A DNA stretch of 64,000 bases from Anolis carolinensis (Eukaryota), in NCBI RefSeq assembly GCF_035594765.1, contig NC_085846.1, forward strand, positions 32,971,190 through 33,035,189. The letters run 5' to 3'. The first letter of the stretch is position 1, and the number at the start of each line of letters is the position of its first letter. The translations under genes were made by a program, and so were the position numbers. Below are positions 11,039 to 23,695 of the stretch, in pieces. The notes under the pieces were generated by a model. It made no database searches and was not told the origin of the DNA. It worked only from the letters and a program-made list of their open reading frames with translations.

Positions 11039-11720
11039 GTGAGTCCCTCTTGCACCATGAGTGGGAGGCTGGCACAGTTTGTGGGCTGTGGTTGGTATGG
11101 AAAGAGTAGTTGTTGTTTTGCACATTTCTTTGCTCATATAATCATATCTACGTTGAAACTATGTGTTTCTGTGGAGGCTGAGAGAGAACCACATACAATC
11201 CCTCACAAATCTTTGCGGATATATTTTAACATATATCTGGGCTACTCCTTTACAATTATTCAACTTACTTTTCCCAAACTCCTTTTTGTTGTTCGCTAGC
11301 ACTTGCTGCTCTTTCAACTTAACCAGTTAACTTCCATCCTATCTTCTCCCATATCAACAATTCTAGTACCTGTAGTCCTCCATCAAGTTGCCTTACTTGC
11401 TTTCACCTTTGTGATGAAATTTATATATGGGATTGAAATCTATATATGGAATGGAACCTATAGATGGGATAAGGCCTTTTCTGTGGTGGCATTGGCAGTA
11501 GTATACTTTGCCAAAAAAGTCTGCCCCATTCCCTTGCTGCTTGCTCTTTGACCAAGTTTGCTTTTCAGTAGGCATTGCAGGGCCATACATTGAGACCTTT
11601 CCACTTCCAATGTATTTTGGGAGTTCTAGTTTTAAAACGTAATGCTTCCAAAGCCGGTTTTATGAAATGACCACTCCACAAACATAATAACACTCTTCTT
11701 CTCTTCTTTCCTCTCCATAG

Positions 11721-12325
11721 CTGTACGTTTTGGGCGTATTCCCAAGCGTGAAAAGCAAAGGATGTTGGCCGAGATGCAGAGCGCCATGAACAACATGGCC
11801 AACAACCAACTGAGTACACAGTGTCCACCTGAGAACATACCAACAGCCACAACCAGCCCCCTGATGTGTCACCAGCCCCAGATGGCACCCTGCTCCCCAC
11901 CATCCTATGCAGCCTCACCGCCCCAACAGCCTCTGTGCTTCTCCCAGTTCTCCCAGCAACTCACACCCCCACGCTCCCCCAGCCCCGGCGATGTCATGGA
12001 AGACGTAATCTCGCAAGTAGCCAAGGCCCACAAGGAGATTTTTGTTTATGCCCATGATAAACTGGCCACAGGCACCCCACCATCCTTGGGGAGTGACAAC
12101 TCTCCTACTTGGGAGAACAGCTGGTTGACCAGCAACCACCACAACAATGGGCTCTGCCCTCAGAATGACAATTGGAACTCTGATTCTTCTGCCCCCAACA
12201 ATATCTGTCACCAGAACAACATGAATGGACATCGATTTTGCCCCTCCAACTATTTGTCTGGGCAGACAGATCCCTCCACTGGGCAAGGTTGCCCACGGCA
12301 AGGGGACCCCAGAGACATTCTCTTG
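11721..12325 (+). CDS. NR1D1: NR1D1 exon 5 (CTE/hinge/start of LBD)
   Basis: AVRFGRIPKREKQRMLAEMQ...LTPPRSPSP (CDK/FBXW7 degron-like)...EDVISQVAKAHKEIF...DILL, AG/GTAAG, frame consistent. Confidence 0.97.
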
Positions 12326-13172
12326 GTAAGTGCGATATATGCACAGTTCACATTGTCTTTTCCTGCTGAGGTTTATTCAGTGGCCAGTTATGTTTTGCTG
12401 CCTTTTTTATAGGTGAGGGATGTGCCATGTTGTAGATTAGGATGTTGGGAGGCCAGAAGGAGAAAATTGCTTGAGGAGCCTCATAGCCCATATCTCAGCT
12501 GCATCTGTTGGATGAAATTTTACCTTAGCTTATTTTTTCTTTTGAACCCATTATTTATATAATAACTTGGATCATTTATTTTTCGGGACTGAAACTCACG
12601 AGTCTAGTTCTAAATGAGTTATGTTGTAATCAGATACATTATCTTAGGTCAGTCAGTGATAAGAGAGTTAAGAATTATTACTTATAATAAAACTGTGAGT
12701 TCCACATTTGCAGTGCTAGAGACTGGAAACAAATGTTCCTTTACGCCTCTTGGGAGTAGGTTAATTTCCAAGTAAACAAGTTGGGACTGGGACTTGCACC
12801 ATCAATTAACGCATGCGATGGCATCTCAATTGTGTTAATTAGTAAAAGTGGCTTAACAGCTTGGTGATCCACAAGGAGACACTCATCTATTGCTAGTGTG
12901 TCCTGGGAAGGTATGAAGGATAAATTATGGGATGAGAGAGACAAAACCGCTGAATTCAGTAGCCCTTATATTGTAGAAACTTACACCAGGGACATATAAG
13001 GAAAAGAGAGGTCTTATTATTGTAGTGAAAAATTGGCCTAAGAACTGCACTATATGGGAGTTTAGAAATGGCTTATCTGCCGCTTACAAAGCCCATCAGC
13101 CAGCTTTAGATGGATCTGATTCTTGTGTTTGGTTCCATATCTAACGTGACTCCCTATTTTCCACCTCAACAG

Positions 13173-13358
13173 GCGTGTCCTATGAATTGTCACCCTTATG
13201 GTCGCAGTGGCCGCACGGTCCAAGAGATATGGGAGGATTTCTCACTGAGCTTCACACCTGCTGTGCGAGAGGTTGTGGAATTCGCAAAGCACATCCCTGG
13301 TTTCCAAGAACTGTCACAGCATGACCAGGTCTCGCTACTCAAAGCCGGTACATTCGAG
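13173..13358 (+). CDS. NR1D1: NR1D1 exon 6 (LBD, heme-ligand Cys)
   Basis: ACPMN...WEDFSLSFTPAVREVVEFAKHIPGF...LLKAGTFE, 186 nt, AG/GT. Confidence 0.98.
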
Positions 13359-14376
13359 GTAGGCTTTTTTCCTAATTATGAGCTACCAGATGTTGCCATG
13401 AGGGAATGTAGTGAGAAAAACTGTGTCTGTGAGTGTATATATACACACTCATATATACTTGTACATCAATGGTTCCCAACTTTTGGGCCTCCAGGTGTTT
13501 TGGACTTCAGCCCCCAAAGTTCCTAACAGCTGGTGAGCTGGCTGGGATTTTTGGGAATTGAAGTCCAAAAGCCCTGGAGGCCCAAAATTTGAAACTACTG
13601 TTGTACATGCTGATAATAGTAAGAAGCAAGGTTGCTTTATAAATCTGAAGTTCAGTAAACACTCTTAGTTTATTTCTTAAAAGCAGCATAATGAATATGG
13701 AATAAAAAGAGTAATATTTGATGAGTGAATGTATAGCTTTGATTTGTTTTTGGGAGACTGGACCACACCTAGTCCCGAAGCAAAATAAATGCTCCAAAAG
13801 CAATTTATTCCAAATTGTTTGAGTAAAGATTTTTCATTGTTCCCCCAACAAGGAACAATGGGGATAGACAACATCTTTTGATGCCAAAAATGGGGTTGCA
13901 GTTAGAAGGGAAATCCAGAGAGCTCTGATGCACATATGGACACCATTAGGCACACTCTTTGGAGCTGTGGCGTTGTGTTTATGTTTGTGGTATACACAAC
14001 TATTCTTGTTTTCCTATCTTTTGAAGCTGAAGTATTTTGATTGTTTAAATGGGTGAAGACTGCAACTCAAATCTGAACTACTAGTCAAAAGAGAGATAGG
14101 AGGTGTTTAACAGAGATGGTTATAATGTTGGCCATCAAGACGTTGTATGATTGTAACAGGTCAACTTTAACCAGCTAATGTTGAGAAATGAGGATAGATA
14201 CATTAGACATTTTCTAGTCTGGGATGTCATCTCAAACATTTCTAATTCCATTTGATTAATGGATAAACCACCATTAACTGGAAGCCAATGCATAAGGCAT
14301 TTGACTGGGTTTTGTGGACACAAAGAGTTTCCTGTGGTCTGACAGGTGTTTCTCTTTTCTTTCTCCTCTTCTCCAG

Positions 14377-14587
14377 GTGCTGATGGTTCGGTTTGCCTCC
14401 CTGTTCAATGTCAAGGAGCAGACTGTGACGTTCATGAGTCGCACCAAGTACAGTCTTGAGGAACTGTGGGGAATGGGCATGGGGGACTTGCTGACATCCA
14501 TGTTTGAATTCAGCGAGAAGCTTGGTTCTTTGGAGCTCTCTGAAGAAGAGTTGGGGCTCTTCACAGCTGTTGTCCTGATCTCAGCAG
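14377..14587 (+). CDS. NR1D1: NR1D1 exon 7 (LBD)
   Basis: VLMVRFASLF...LGLFTAVVLISA, 211 nt, AG/GT. Confidence 0.98.
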
Positions 14588-15423
14588 GTGGGTGTCCTTC
14601 AGCATGCATTGCGCCACAGAACTCCTTTATATAACTCCACTTTTCCCCATTGACATGCCGTCTTTTCCATGAAGAGTTTATAGCTTAGTATATTTGCCCA
14701 ACTATCATAACTGGAACAGGAATATTTCTTGTTGTCTCCGGTTCCTTTTCCTGCCCCTCATTTTTTAAGAGACTCTTTGGGCCAAAAGGCCTATCATCCT
14801 TTGTATTAATTTCTGAAGTCATACGTTCAGGGATGTAGCTTTAAAAGGCACGAGTAAGGGTTCAGAAACATTGGAATCCTTCCAATCAGGCTCAGCCAGA
14901 GAGTTTAGAAATAATTAAAATAACTAATTACGCCTACTTCATTAACTATTTCAACAGCTATGGGTTGCTTTTTTAGTACCATTGACTGTTTCGAATTAAT
15001 TTAGCAGTGACAGATTAATTTTCTTTAATGACCAATGTTAATATGTTACTAATTCTGACCTTTCCTAATTTATTCTGGCATTTATTTAGCCTGGAATGGA
15101 ATACAGTACGAACAACATATCCATAGGACCAATATCTGTGGTTTAATTTATCCACATTTGCCACGATATGTCCCCTCTGACATTGTCCATCAGAATGGCT
15201 CTATGTTGTTTTGTAGGCCAGAGGTTCATTTCACTTCACTTGGGATTGCCATTTGCAGTTTTGCATTATCTACCCAAAGTTTAGGAATGTATCCCCTGTG
15301 GATATGGGGGTCGTACTATATTTGTTAGATCAACAGCATTAAGTCATAGATGTTTTTGTCTGTTCTTGAACTGGTTTCGCTTCTCATATAGCATCACTAA
15401 CTGGTTATCTTTGCACCATTCAG

Positions 15424-15623
15424 ATCGCTCTGGCATTGAGAACCAGGCATCAGTGGAGCAGCTGCAGGAGACACTAATCCGGGCTCTTCGGGCCCTCATC
15501 CTCAAGAATCACCCCCAGGAGACTTCCCGCTTCACCAAACTGCTGCTGAAGCTTCCTGACCTGCGCACCCTCAACAACATGCACTCTGAGAAACTGCTCT
15601 CCTTCCGCATTGATGCGCAGTAG
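15424..15623 (+). CDS. NR1D1: NR1D1 exon 8 (end of LBD, no helix 12)
   Basis: DRSGIEN...LLLKLPDLRTLNNMHSEKLLSFRIDAQ*, heme-ligand His codon 15582-15584, TAG at 15621-15623. The joined CDS of 1845 nt stays in frame. Confidence 0.98.
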
Positions 15624-16479
15624 ACGGAAAATGAGGCCCACACATTTCTACTGTCCCACCTTCCTTTCTTGCCTTCCCTGCATCGTTGCACTAACCAGAC
15701 TGCCCTATGGGCCTGGACCCAGCTAACTATTTATACTGGTGTAGCATCTGCTGCCCCCACCTGTACAGAAGCAAGCAGAACTGCCGGTTTTTTGTAAATA
15801 TTACCTTATGTATATTGGATTTGTCTGAATAGTATGGCACTCTTCCCTGCCGTGGTGCCAACCACATGGGAATAATATATTGAAAGCAAAATGCCTGGAT
15901 TGTCGTCTTGCATTACTCGCCTCTCATTCCTCCTTTACCTTTCGAAATTTCCTCAAGCTGGGAGCGTGATGGGGAATTGAGATCTGGCAGGAGTTATCTC
16001 TTTTGCAAGAAATACTTGAAACCTTATACACAGACACATCACCACCTTGCTATAGACTTTTGGCCCACTGTGATTAGATGTCATAGAAATTAATGAGACT
16101 TCCATATTCCACATCTAACGGTAGAGTTTTTTAAAATGATGTGGTTTGACAAATGTAATTATTTTATACAACTGTCACCTCTAGTCAATTTTATTTTATA
16201 TATTTCCCTTCTTACCAGAGGTGAAAGTAGAATTGGGTGTTCAGATTATATGCAAAATTTTGCCCCTTTTCAAATCTCTATCCTTATGGGAGAGTCTTCC
16301 TTGCCATCATATTTTCATTTATCCCAAGCCTAGTTCTCAATTAGAAGCCACTGATGTGTGCCACCACTAAAATCCTACTTCTTTAGAAAGCCAGAGAGGC
16401 AAGATGTTTTTTATGTTTAGGAGTTACTGAGCAACCTCTCTTGGGTTGGGACCTCAATGAACAAACTGAGAAGTTGCAG

Positions 16480-16748
16480 TTTTTTTTATCGTGTCAGAAG
16501 CAAATTGAGAATATACTAAAAGTCAGTTCTGGTGTCAGAGAATCGGCCGTCTACAGAGATGTTGCCCAGGAGAGGCCTTGATGTGTTACCATCCTGTGGG
16601 AGGCTTCTCTAATGTTCCTGCATGGGAAGCTGGGGCTGACAGACGGGATCTCACTCCGTCTCGCAGGTTTGAACCACCGACCTTCAGGTTTTCAGGTCAG
16701 CAGTTCAGTCGACACAAGGGTTTAACCCACTGCGCCACCACGGCTCCC
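16480..16748 (-). mobile_element. tRNA-derived SINE (Anolis SINE2-like)
   Basis: A-box GGTGGCGCAGTGGG, B-box GGTTCAAACC, 3' end CTTCTGACACGATAAAA. Confidence 0.8.
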
Positions 16749-17149
16749 TGCTTGATTTTCACTGTTGAGAAGTTGCAGTGGAAATGAAGTCAAGGAAAGC
16801 ACCAAGCTCCATCAGAGTCTTCTGGAGATTTCTGAGGAGGAGGGCTGCTCCTTTTTTCCTTGGCTGTCTTACCAGCCAGACAATGTTTGGGCCCACCTTC
16901 ACAGCCCAACTATGATTGTTTAGGTCTTGGGCAAAGTTACATTTGGACATTATCTAGCGGATGATTTGCACCCAGAGGGGAAGTGCTCATTCCTCCTTGC
17001 ACAAGGTCTGAGCAGAGAATTACGGTGGCATACCCCTCTTGTTTACACCAAGAAATTCTGCCTCCAGAACGGACCTCAACTAAGCAAGCCTGGTCCATTT
17101 TGGAATCATATGAAGAAGACATCCTGCTCGCCGCCACTCATCCGAAATG

Positions 17150-17245
17150 AGACACCAAAAACCAGTTGGGGCTGTGAGGGTTGGATTTTTTTTGTCTTTT
17201 TTAAGGGTAGGTTTGTTTTGTTTTTTAATCATATATTTATTACAT
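17150..17245 (-). terminator. Candidate distal THRA poly(A) site
   Basis: Minus strand: TGTAATAAA (AATAAA 17241-17236), then ATTAAA (17229-17224), then a GU-rich element CTGGTTTTTGGTGTCT (~17166-17151). Preceded by U-rich UTR-like sequence. Confidence 0.55.
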
Positions 17246-20200
17246 AAATATATAGTAAAATAGACCAGCGACAATTACCATAAAAATATCTTTCTTTAAA
17301 ATCCTGACCAAAAACACAAAAAAGGGTTATTTTTTTCCTCACCCCAGACTTTTCAGGGTTTTTTTTTCAAAATCGCACGTCATAGACAAATTGTGATTGT
17401 CGTATTTTTTTTACATCAGCAGCGTCCTGCTTCCCAGACACAAAAAGAAAGAAAAAGAAGAAGGGGAGGGGAAGGGGAGAAGCATGAGGTGGAGGGAGAC
17501 CACTTTCCTACCTGGTGTCATTTCTTCTTCCCCTCCCTCTGACCACCCCCAACCCACCCTTTTTCGGTAACACACTGAAAACCTCGTGTCCCAAACGTAC
17601 ATTCACTAACTCCCTGCTCACAGTTTCTTTCCCTGCTGTGGACTGCGAGGGGGGAAAACCCACAATGCATAGTATATGGAGGCGGGGTAAGAGGGGGGAA
17701 AGGGAAGGGGTGATGGGGTTTCTCCCTTACTGGAAACTTCCTTTGCTCCCCAACGTATGTGAGAACAGCTTTCGGTTCTTCCCCAAACCTTCTAATCTGG
17801 ATCCCAAAGGGCAACCCCTTGAGTAAAGATACTCTTTGAGAACTACCATCAAATGGGTGTGAAGGAGGTGTAGCACGGATCAGTGTGGGGTACCATCTGC
17901 AGAAACTGTATGAGGTATGTACTTGGCAAAGGAATACTGAGAAGTGGTGCAGGAAAAGCGTTCCTCACTGCCTTCCCCAGCTACGTCTGAACTTGGAGAC
18001 AGACAGACAGACAGACAGACAAACCCTGGCTCCTACTCATCAATTGTCACAGTCATTAAGTGCCCCATGTGGTGGCGGCAAGTGAGGCATCATGCCCCAA
18101 AGGAGCAAGGACTCCTGCTACTGGCTGCAAAGGCCGTATGCTTCTCCAGACAGGTTGGATACCAACCCAACTGAGAGATACCACTTGGTACCCACAAAGA
18201 GGTGCGGTAGGATGGGGGGCACTTCTTTGCCGCTTTCCTTGCCTTGGATTGTGACCCCAAAAGGCAAAATATGGAGAGAATTGGCATGAAGGTGAGTGTG
18301 AACACCTGAGGTGGCAGGGTTTTCGGGGAGGGATTCACCCTGAGATCTTCCTCCCTCTCTCAAGGTGACTTAATGTACAGACCGCAGCAGACGCACAAAT
18401 ATATACACACACATATATATATACACATACACCCATGTGCCCTCTTGCCCCAGCCATCAATGAGATGGTTCACAGTGCCCTCCAAAGGAAAACCGATGTG
18501 CAGCAATGGCATCACCAATGCTCTCCCCAGAGAGGAGTGATTTCCATACATCCCTGGTACAAGCTCAGAATGGATGGGGTTTGCCCCTTCCCCTGTTGAA
18601 ATAGACACTATCTGGTGGTTCTTCAGAGGCATGAGTGTGTGAATGGAGAGAAAGGTTGCAGGTTAGTCCTATATAAAGACTGAAAGCAAGGGAGAACGGC
18701 ATATGCTTTTGAGCTACACAACCGATGCAGAGATGCTCAGAGTGGACCGATTTTCTTTGGCTAAGATGCCACAGCCTCTTAAGCTGAGCAACCCTTGAGA
18801 GGGAGTTCTCCTGCTTTCCCTCTTCCATATTTCTGGAGCAGAACTGTGTGAATTGGCTGTTTTAAGATTGGTTCACACAATGGTTCATGTCGCTTGGTTG
18901 CACTCCATCCATTTTGGCTTCATTCTATAGAGAAAACTGGAATATACAGTGATATGATTTCATTGCAGTGACAATCTGATATCCAATCTGCACCCAAGCC
19001 CTCTCTTTGACCCTGCTATCGGATAGGAGCCTGCTATTGTGTGTCAACCAGGTCTCTGGCAAAAGATGTGGTTGATCAGAAGTGGTTGATCACTTAGCTG
19101 CAAAAACTCAAGGTTTGGAGGCACAAGGCCTCCTCCTGTTAAGGAAGAGGTTTGATGAGACTGAAATTACTCATCAATGATGGTGATCACCCAGATCATG
19201 GAGCAGAGAAACCAAATACAGTGAGCTCAACATTTACGCGTACAATACTAAGCTGAAGTCACCCATATCTGTGCCCAAATGGGTGGGATCACTTTATATG
19301 CCAGGGTTATATAGGTGGAGGGAAAATTAAGGGAGTCAGAGAAAAATGGCTGTCTGGTATCTCTTTTCTCTCTCCACCAAAATCTGTAAGGAAAATTTAT
19401 AGGCAGCAGGTTGTGCATGTGTGTTGTGGCAAGGGGTTGTGCAAAGTGCACAGGACGTCTACACTTGGTATGCATAGGGAATCTGTGCACGTTTCGTTCC
19501 ATGCACAGTTGATAGAACTATGTTCATATATACATATGCTACAGGTGAAGTCATACAGGACGCTGTCCTTCACAAGTCCGAATGAAATGACTGAGAGCTA
19601 CTCTCCATTTCAATAAAGCTTGGGTTGGAGAACTTCCAAAGATATACTATGCACACACAGATACTTTTGGGTCTTTCACTCCAGGAAAGAACCAATTCTG
19701 ACAATTTCGCCGGGGCTTTAAAAGCCCACCTCTTTCCCCCCCAGTGTGGAGTTTCCCAACGCTTAAGGGTGAATATGCATGGGAAGTGAATGGAGGATGA
19801 TGAGGAGAACAATACATTATTTCATAAAGAGACTTGAATATTTGGTATAAGGCAATGAGGAATTAGTACCCTTCCCCTCTCCCTTCCTGATAAGCAGAGG
19901 TGTCTTTAAATACTTTGCAAAATACAAGCCCAATCATGCTTTCCTGGACAGAGCTCTACATCCACACGCTCCGGCTATTTAAAAAATATTTACAAAAGTT
20001 ACAAATACAGAATAGACTGTACACTGGTCAGTGTATGAAAGTGTGCCCCTGCTGGCTAATGAAAGAATAGCATTAAGGCCTCCGGAAAGAAGAAGTGGGG
20101 GGCAGGTGGGGCAGAGTTAGCGCTTGAACGGCCAACGCACCATCCCCTGCGATGGGGGTGAACAAGTCCAGAGAGGTGAGGGAAAACCGGCAGGAGTGTT

Positions 20201-23200
20201 TCACGCAGATGTGGATACCTATGCTTAAAAAGCCTTTCGTGGTAGAAGAATCAAAACACTCACAAGCCAAACAAAGAATGGGTTGGTTCATGAAAACAGT
20301 GCCACATCTGTATTTGCGAACACTTAAGACTACGCACCTTTCAACCAGGCTAGAGATTAATATACCAGCCTCCCCCAACTTGTGCCATCTAGATGTGTTA
20401 TGTTGCAACCTGAATTACCCCTTGAGCCCTATGGCCAATGACAATGCTGGGAGGGGATGCTGAAAGTTGTAGTCTAACACAACTAGAGAGTTTCTGGTTG
20501 AGGGAAGCCAATCTAAACACATCCTTATCCCTAGCATACAGCCTGAAGGGAGCCCAGCTTCAGTAGTTGCAGCCACCAGAGGCATTGATTTGGCCACTGT
20601 CAATATCTGGAGCACATGTGTGGGGCCAAAATGCATAGACAGCCACCCCAAACATGCAAATGACAGAAAGCACAGGAGCACCATGACAGATGTGCAGGTA
20701 GGAGCACACGCACATACACTGCATACATGTGTTCTGTTCCATAACGGAGGAATACGTTTTAACTAGACATGTTAGCACCTTATGGAAAAATATAAAATAT
20801 AAATGGGCACACAGCCTCCCGAATCAACACACAGGTACAGTCACACACATCCACACACACACATACAAGCTGATCAACACCGCACACTCACAATACTGCA
20901 CATTCGTATATATGAATGACAAATGCACATTCAGACACCTGGGTGATGTGCACAAGTATGGCCAGATCGAGGTTCACACAGCACATGGCAACATATCCAT
21001 TTCATGTGCATATGCATGTCCCACTGAGCTGACTTTGAAGAAAGACAGAAGCTTATAGAGGGGGCTGCTGGTCATTCAAAGTGATTATAGAGCCTTTTGG
21101 CACCACAGTGCCGTTGACTAGTGGGGTGTACCAAGGATTATGGGGGGAGAATTTTTTCCCTTGTCTATAGCACTTCCATGAAATGTGCACAATGGTGCCT
21201 ATTTTTACGCCGGCACAACCTCTAACTCACATTATTGAAAGGATGCAAAGTCAGGCTGTGGGTCGTCTCCTACTAGAACCAAAGGAGGTAAAATGGACAA
21301 AAAGAAGAGCAGACATTGGGGAAGGGATTTAGGATAGTACAAGATTTCCATATGAAGAGTTTAAGGGCAACAACATGTTGATGCAAAAAGGACTCTCTGG
21401 ATGGGCTGCAAGTTTCAGCTTGGCCAGAGATGGGCCAAGTATTGGTGAATGCAGAATGTTTCCTCCAGAACATCTTTACAGACGATAACAGTGTCTGAAA
21501 GCAATGGCAGAATAGCAGGCAAAACCAGTCACTAGAGCTGAGAAATGTGAATTTTTAGCCAGTGTAACATAGATCTGGGAATCTTGGTGTTCTAATCCAA
21601 AAGAATAACTTTCCTGAACTCTGGACAGTCTTTCAACTGGGGCAGAGTTTCAACTTGCATGCCAAGAGTATGGCAGAAATTGTTTTTTTCCCCTCTGGCC
21701 TCAAAGCAAGGTGGGAATATAAACCTCCCCAGAATAAAGCGCTTTTATATGTGTGCAGTGAAGAGCTTGTAAAGTTGCTGGTAAAAGAGTAGTTGTGATA
21801 ATGAGGGCCAATACCACACTGAGGTTACGGGGTTTGCAGATGTATTTAAGAGAATGACAGAGAGAAGAGGAAGTGCTTTGTGTGCAGAAGTATTTAAAAG
21901 AGAGACAACGGAACAGGACATTGTGTACATAACTAGAAGTAAATCTTACACTCTGGGAGCTTCCAAAGTGAAAACTGGAGACAGCTCTTGTACTTTTACT
22001 GGTTGTGCAGAAGGGGGAACTTCAGCAGGTATTGAGAGCAAGAAGTCTTCAGTGTTCAACCGGGCAACCTTATACGCTCAAGCTAAATATAAGTGAGCTT
22101 TTGTCGCAGAACACTGTGAATTGTTTTGCTTTTTAAATTGCAGGAACCCTGTCACACAACAACAGCAAAGTGCCTCTTTAAAATGTAATGCAAGTACAGA
22201 ACATGTTCCCCTTCAGATGAAAAGAAGCTGGAGGCATTCAGATAGCTTTATCACAGAACTGGAGGTGATTTGAAAGAATTACTGCTGCTTGTGATGCTGA
22301 CAACACACTATGGCTGCAACGCAACTAACAAATTGTAATTGACCATGAAAATGTTAGTCAATTAAACTATCCATTAAATTTGCAATTTCTCTGGAGGACA
22401 AAAAAAAAGGTGTGTGTTTATACTAACCAAACAACCCAATGACAGTGAAGAGAGGGGTTATTTTTATGTTTCTGCTAAGATGGGGAAAAGGCATTTTTCT
22501 CCTGAAGACAAGAACAACACATGGGGTTTTCATGACTGATGGCAAGATAGACTGCAACCAAACACTCTGGGAAATGCCAAAAAATGCTGCTTGATGTATG
22601 GTATATATATGTGCAGTAACCACAACAAAGGTGGCATTCTGAAGGAAATACTGCACATCATGACTTTGAACTATCTTTGTTAAGACGTTGAAGTGCTAAT
22701 CTTTTAAAAAGAAAAATTACACTTTCTATTGTACTTTTCAGAAGAAATTTAGTTCATGTGCTACAGCAAGCTCTGGAAACAGGTTTTTTTTTCTATGTGT
22801 GAGAAAAGAGAGAAGACCTCAAGAGAGCCAGTCTGGTGTAGTGTTTGAGAGAAGGGTTTGAATTCCTGCAAATCCACGGAAACCCACTTCTGTCCTCAGG
22901 CAAGTCACTTTCAGCCTTAAAGGCAATTTAACAAACCTCCTCTCAAGAAATCCCTGTGATGGGTTCACGTTATGGTCACACCCCTGAACTTTCTTCAAGA
23001 CACACAAGTCTTTTATGATGGGACTTGTCATCACATTTTGTGATGCAGAAATATGCCAACTTCAACTTCAGGTTCACAATTTGGTGCTGTTTCAAAACCA
23101 TTTAAACCAGAAGTGACATTAAGAGAGCGTGCCTATGTGCATGTAATTATCACAAGGGAAATCACCTTCAATGCCTTTTAAAGCTGCATTCATCTCCAGT

Positions 23201-23608
23201 CCAAAGGATGTTTCATACATGCATGAAGACTACTTGATAACTCACCAACTTGTTTCATAAAAATCATGATGTATGAGAAAATATCAAAATTCAACCTGGC
23301 AACAATCAATTCAGAAAGGAAGCCACCGGTCAATGTGGTAGCCATCTAGTTGTGGCTATACATGAGACCTAGAAACTGTACTTTCTTAATGTCTTTGTCT
23401 TTTGGTCAACATCATCATTACTTTTGAATTGGGGATGTATGGAGAAACTAATCAACTTTATCAGTGAACTGTATGTAGGTTAGTAAATATTGAGTGCCCA
23501 TTGTCTTCTAAACTCCAAGAGGAATACTGATATTCATATCAAGTACTATCTGCCAATTAGAAGGATGCAACAGTAGTATTGCACTGTTTTGACTGAACTT
23601 TGGGAAAG

Positions 23609-23641
23609 TAGTAATAGTAGTAGTAGTAGTAGTAGTAGTAG

Positions 23642-23694
<53 letters not shown>
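23609..23694. repeat. Compound microsatellite (TAG)n(TTA)n
   Basis: Direct reading. Confidence 0.95.

Positions 23695-23695
<1 letters not shown>

Noticed and set aside
15509-15691. 60-aa antisense ORF as a TRalpha2 exon
   Set aside because: Not the in-register frame used by TRalpha2, and no similarity to its tail.
16480-16748. tRNA gene suggested by A/B boxes
   Set aside because: Boxes belong to a multi-copy SINE head. No complete cloverleaf.
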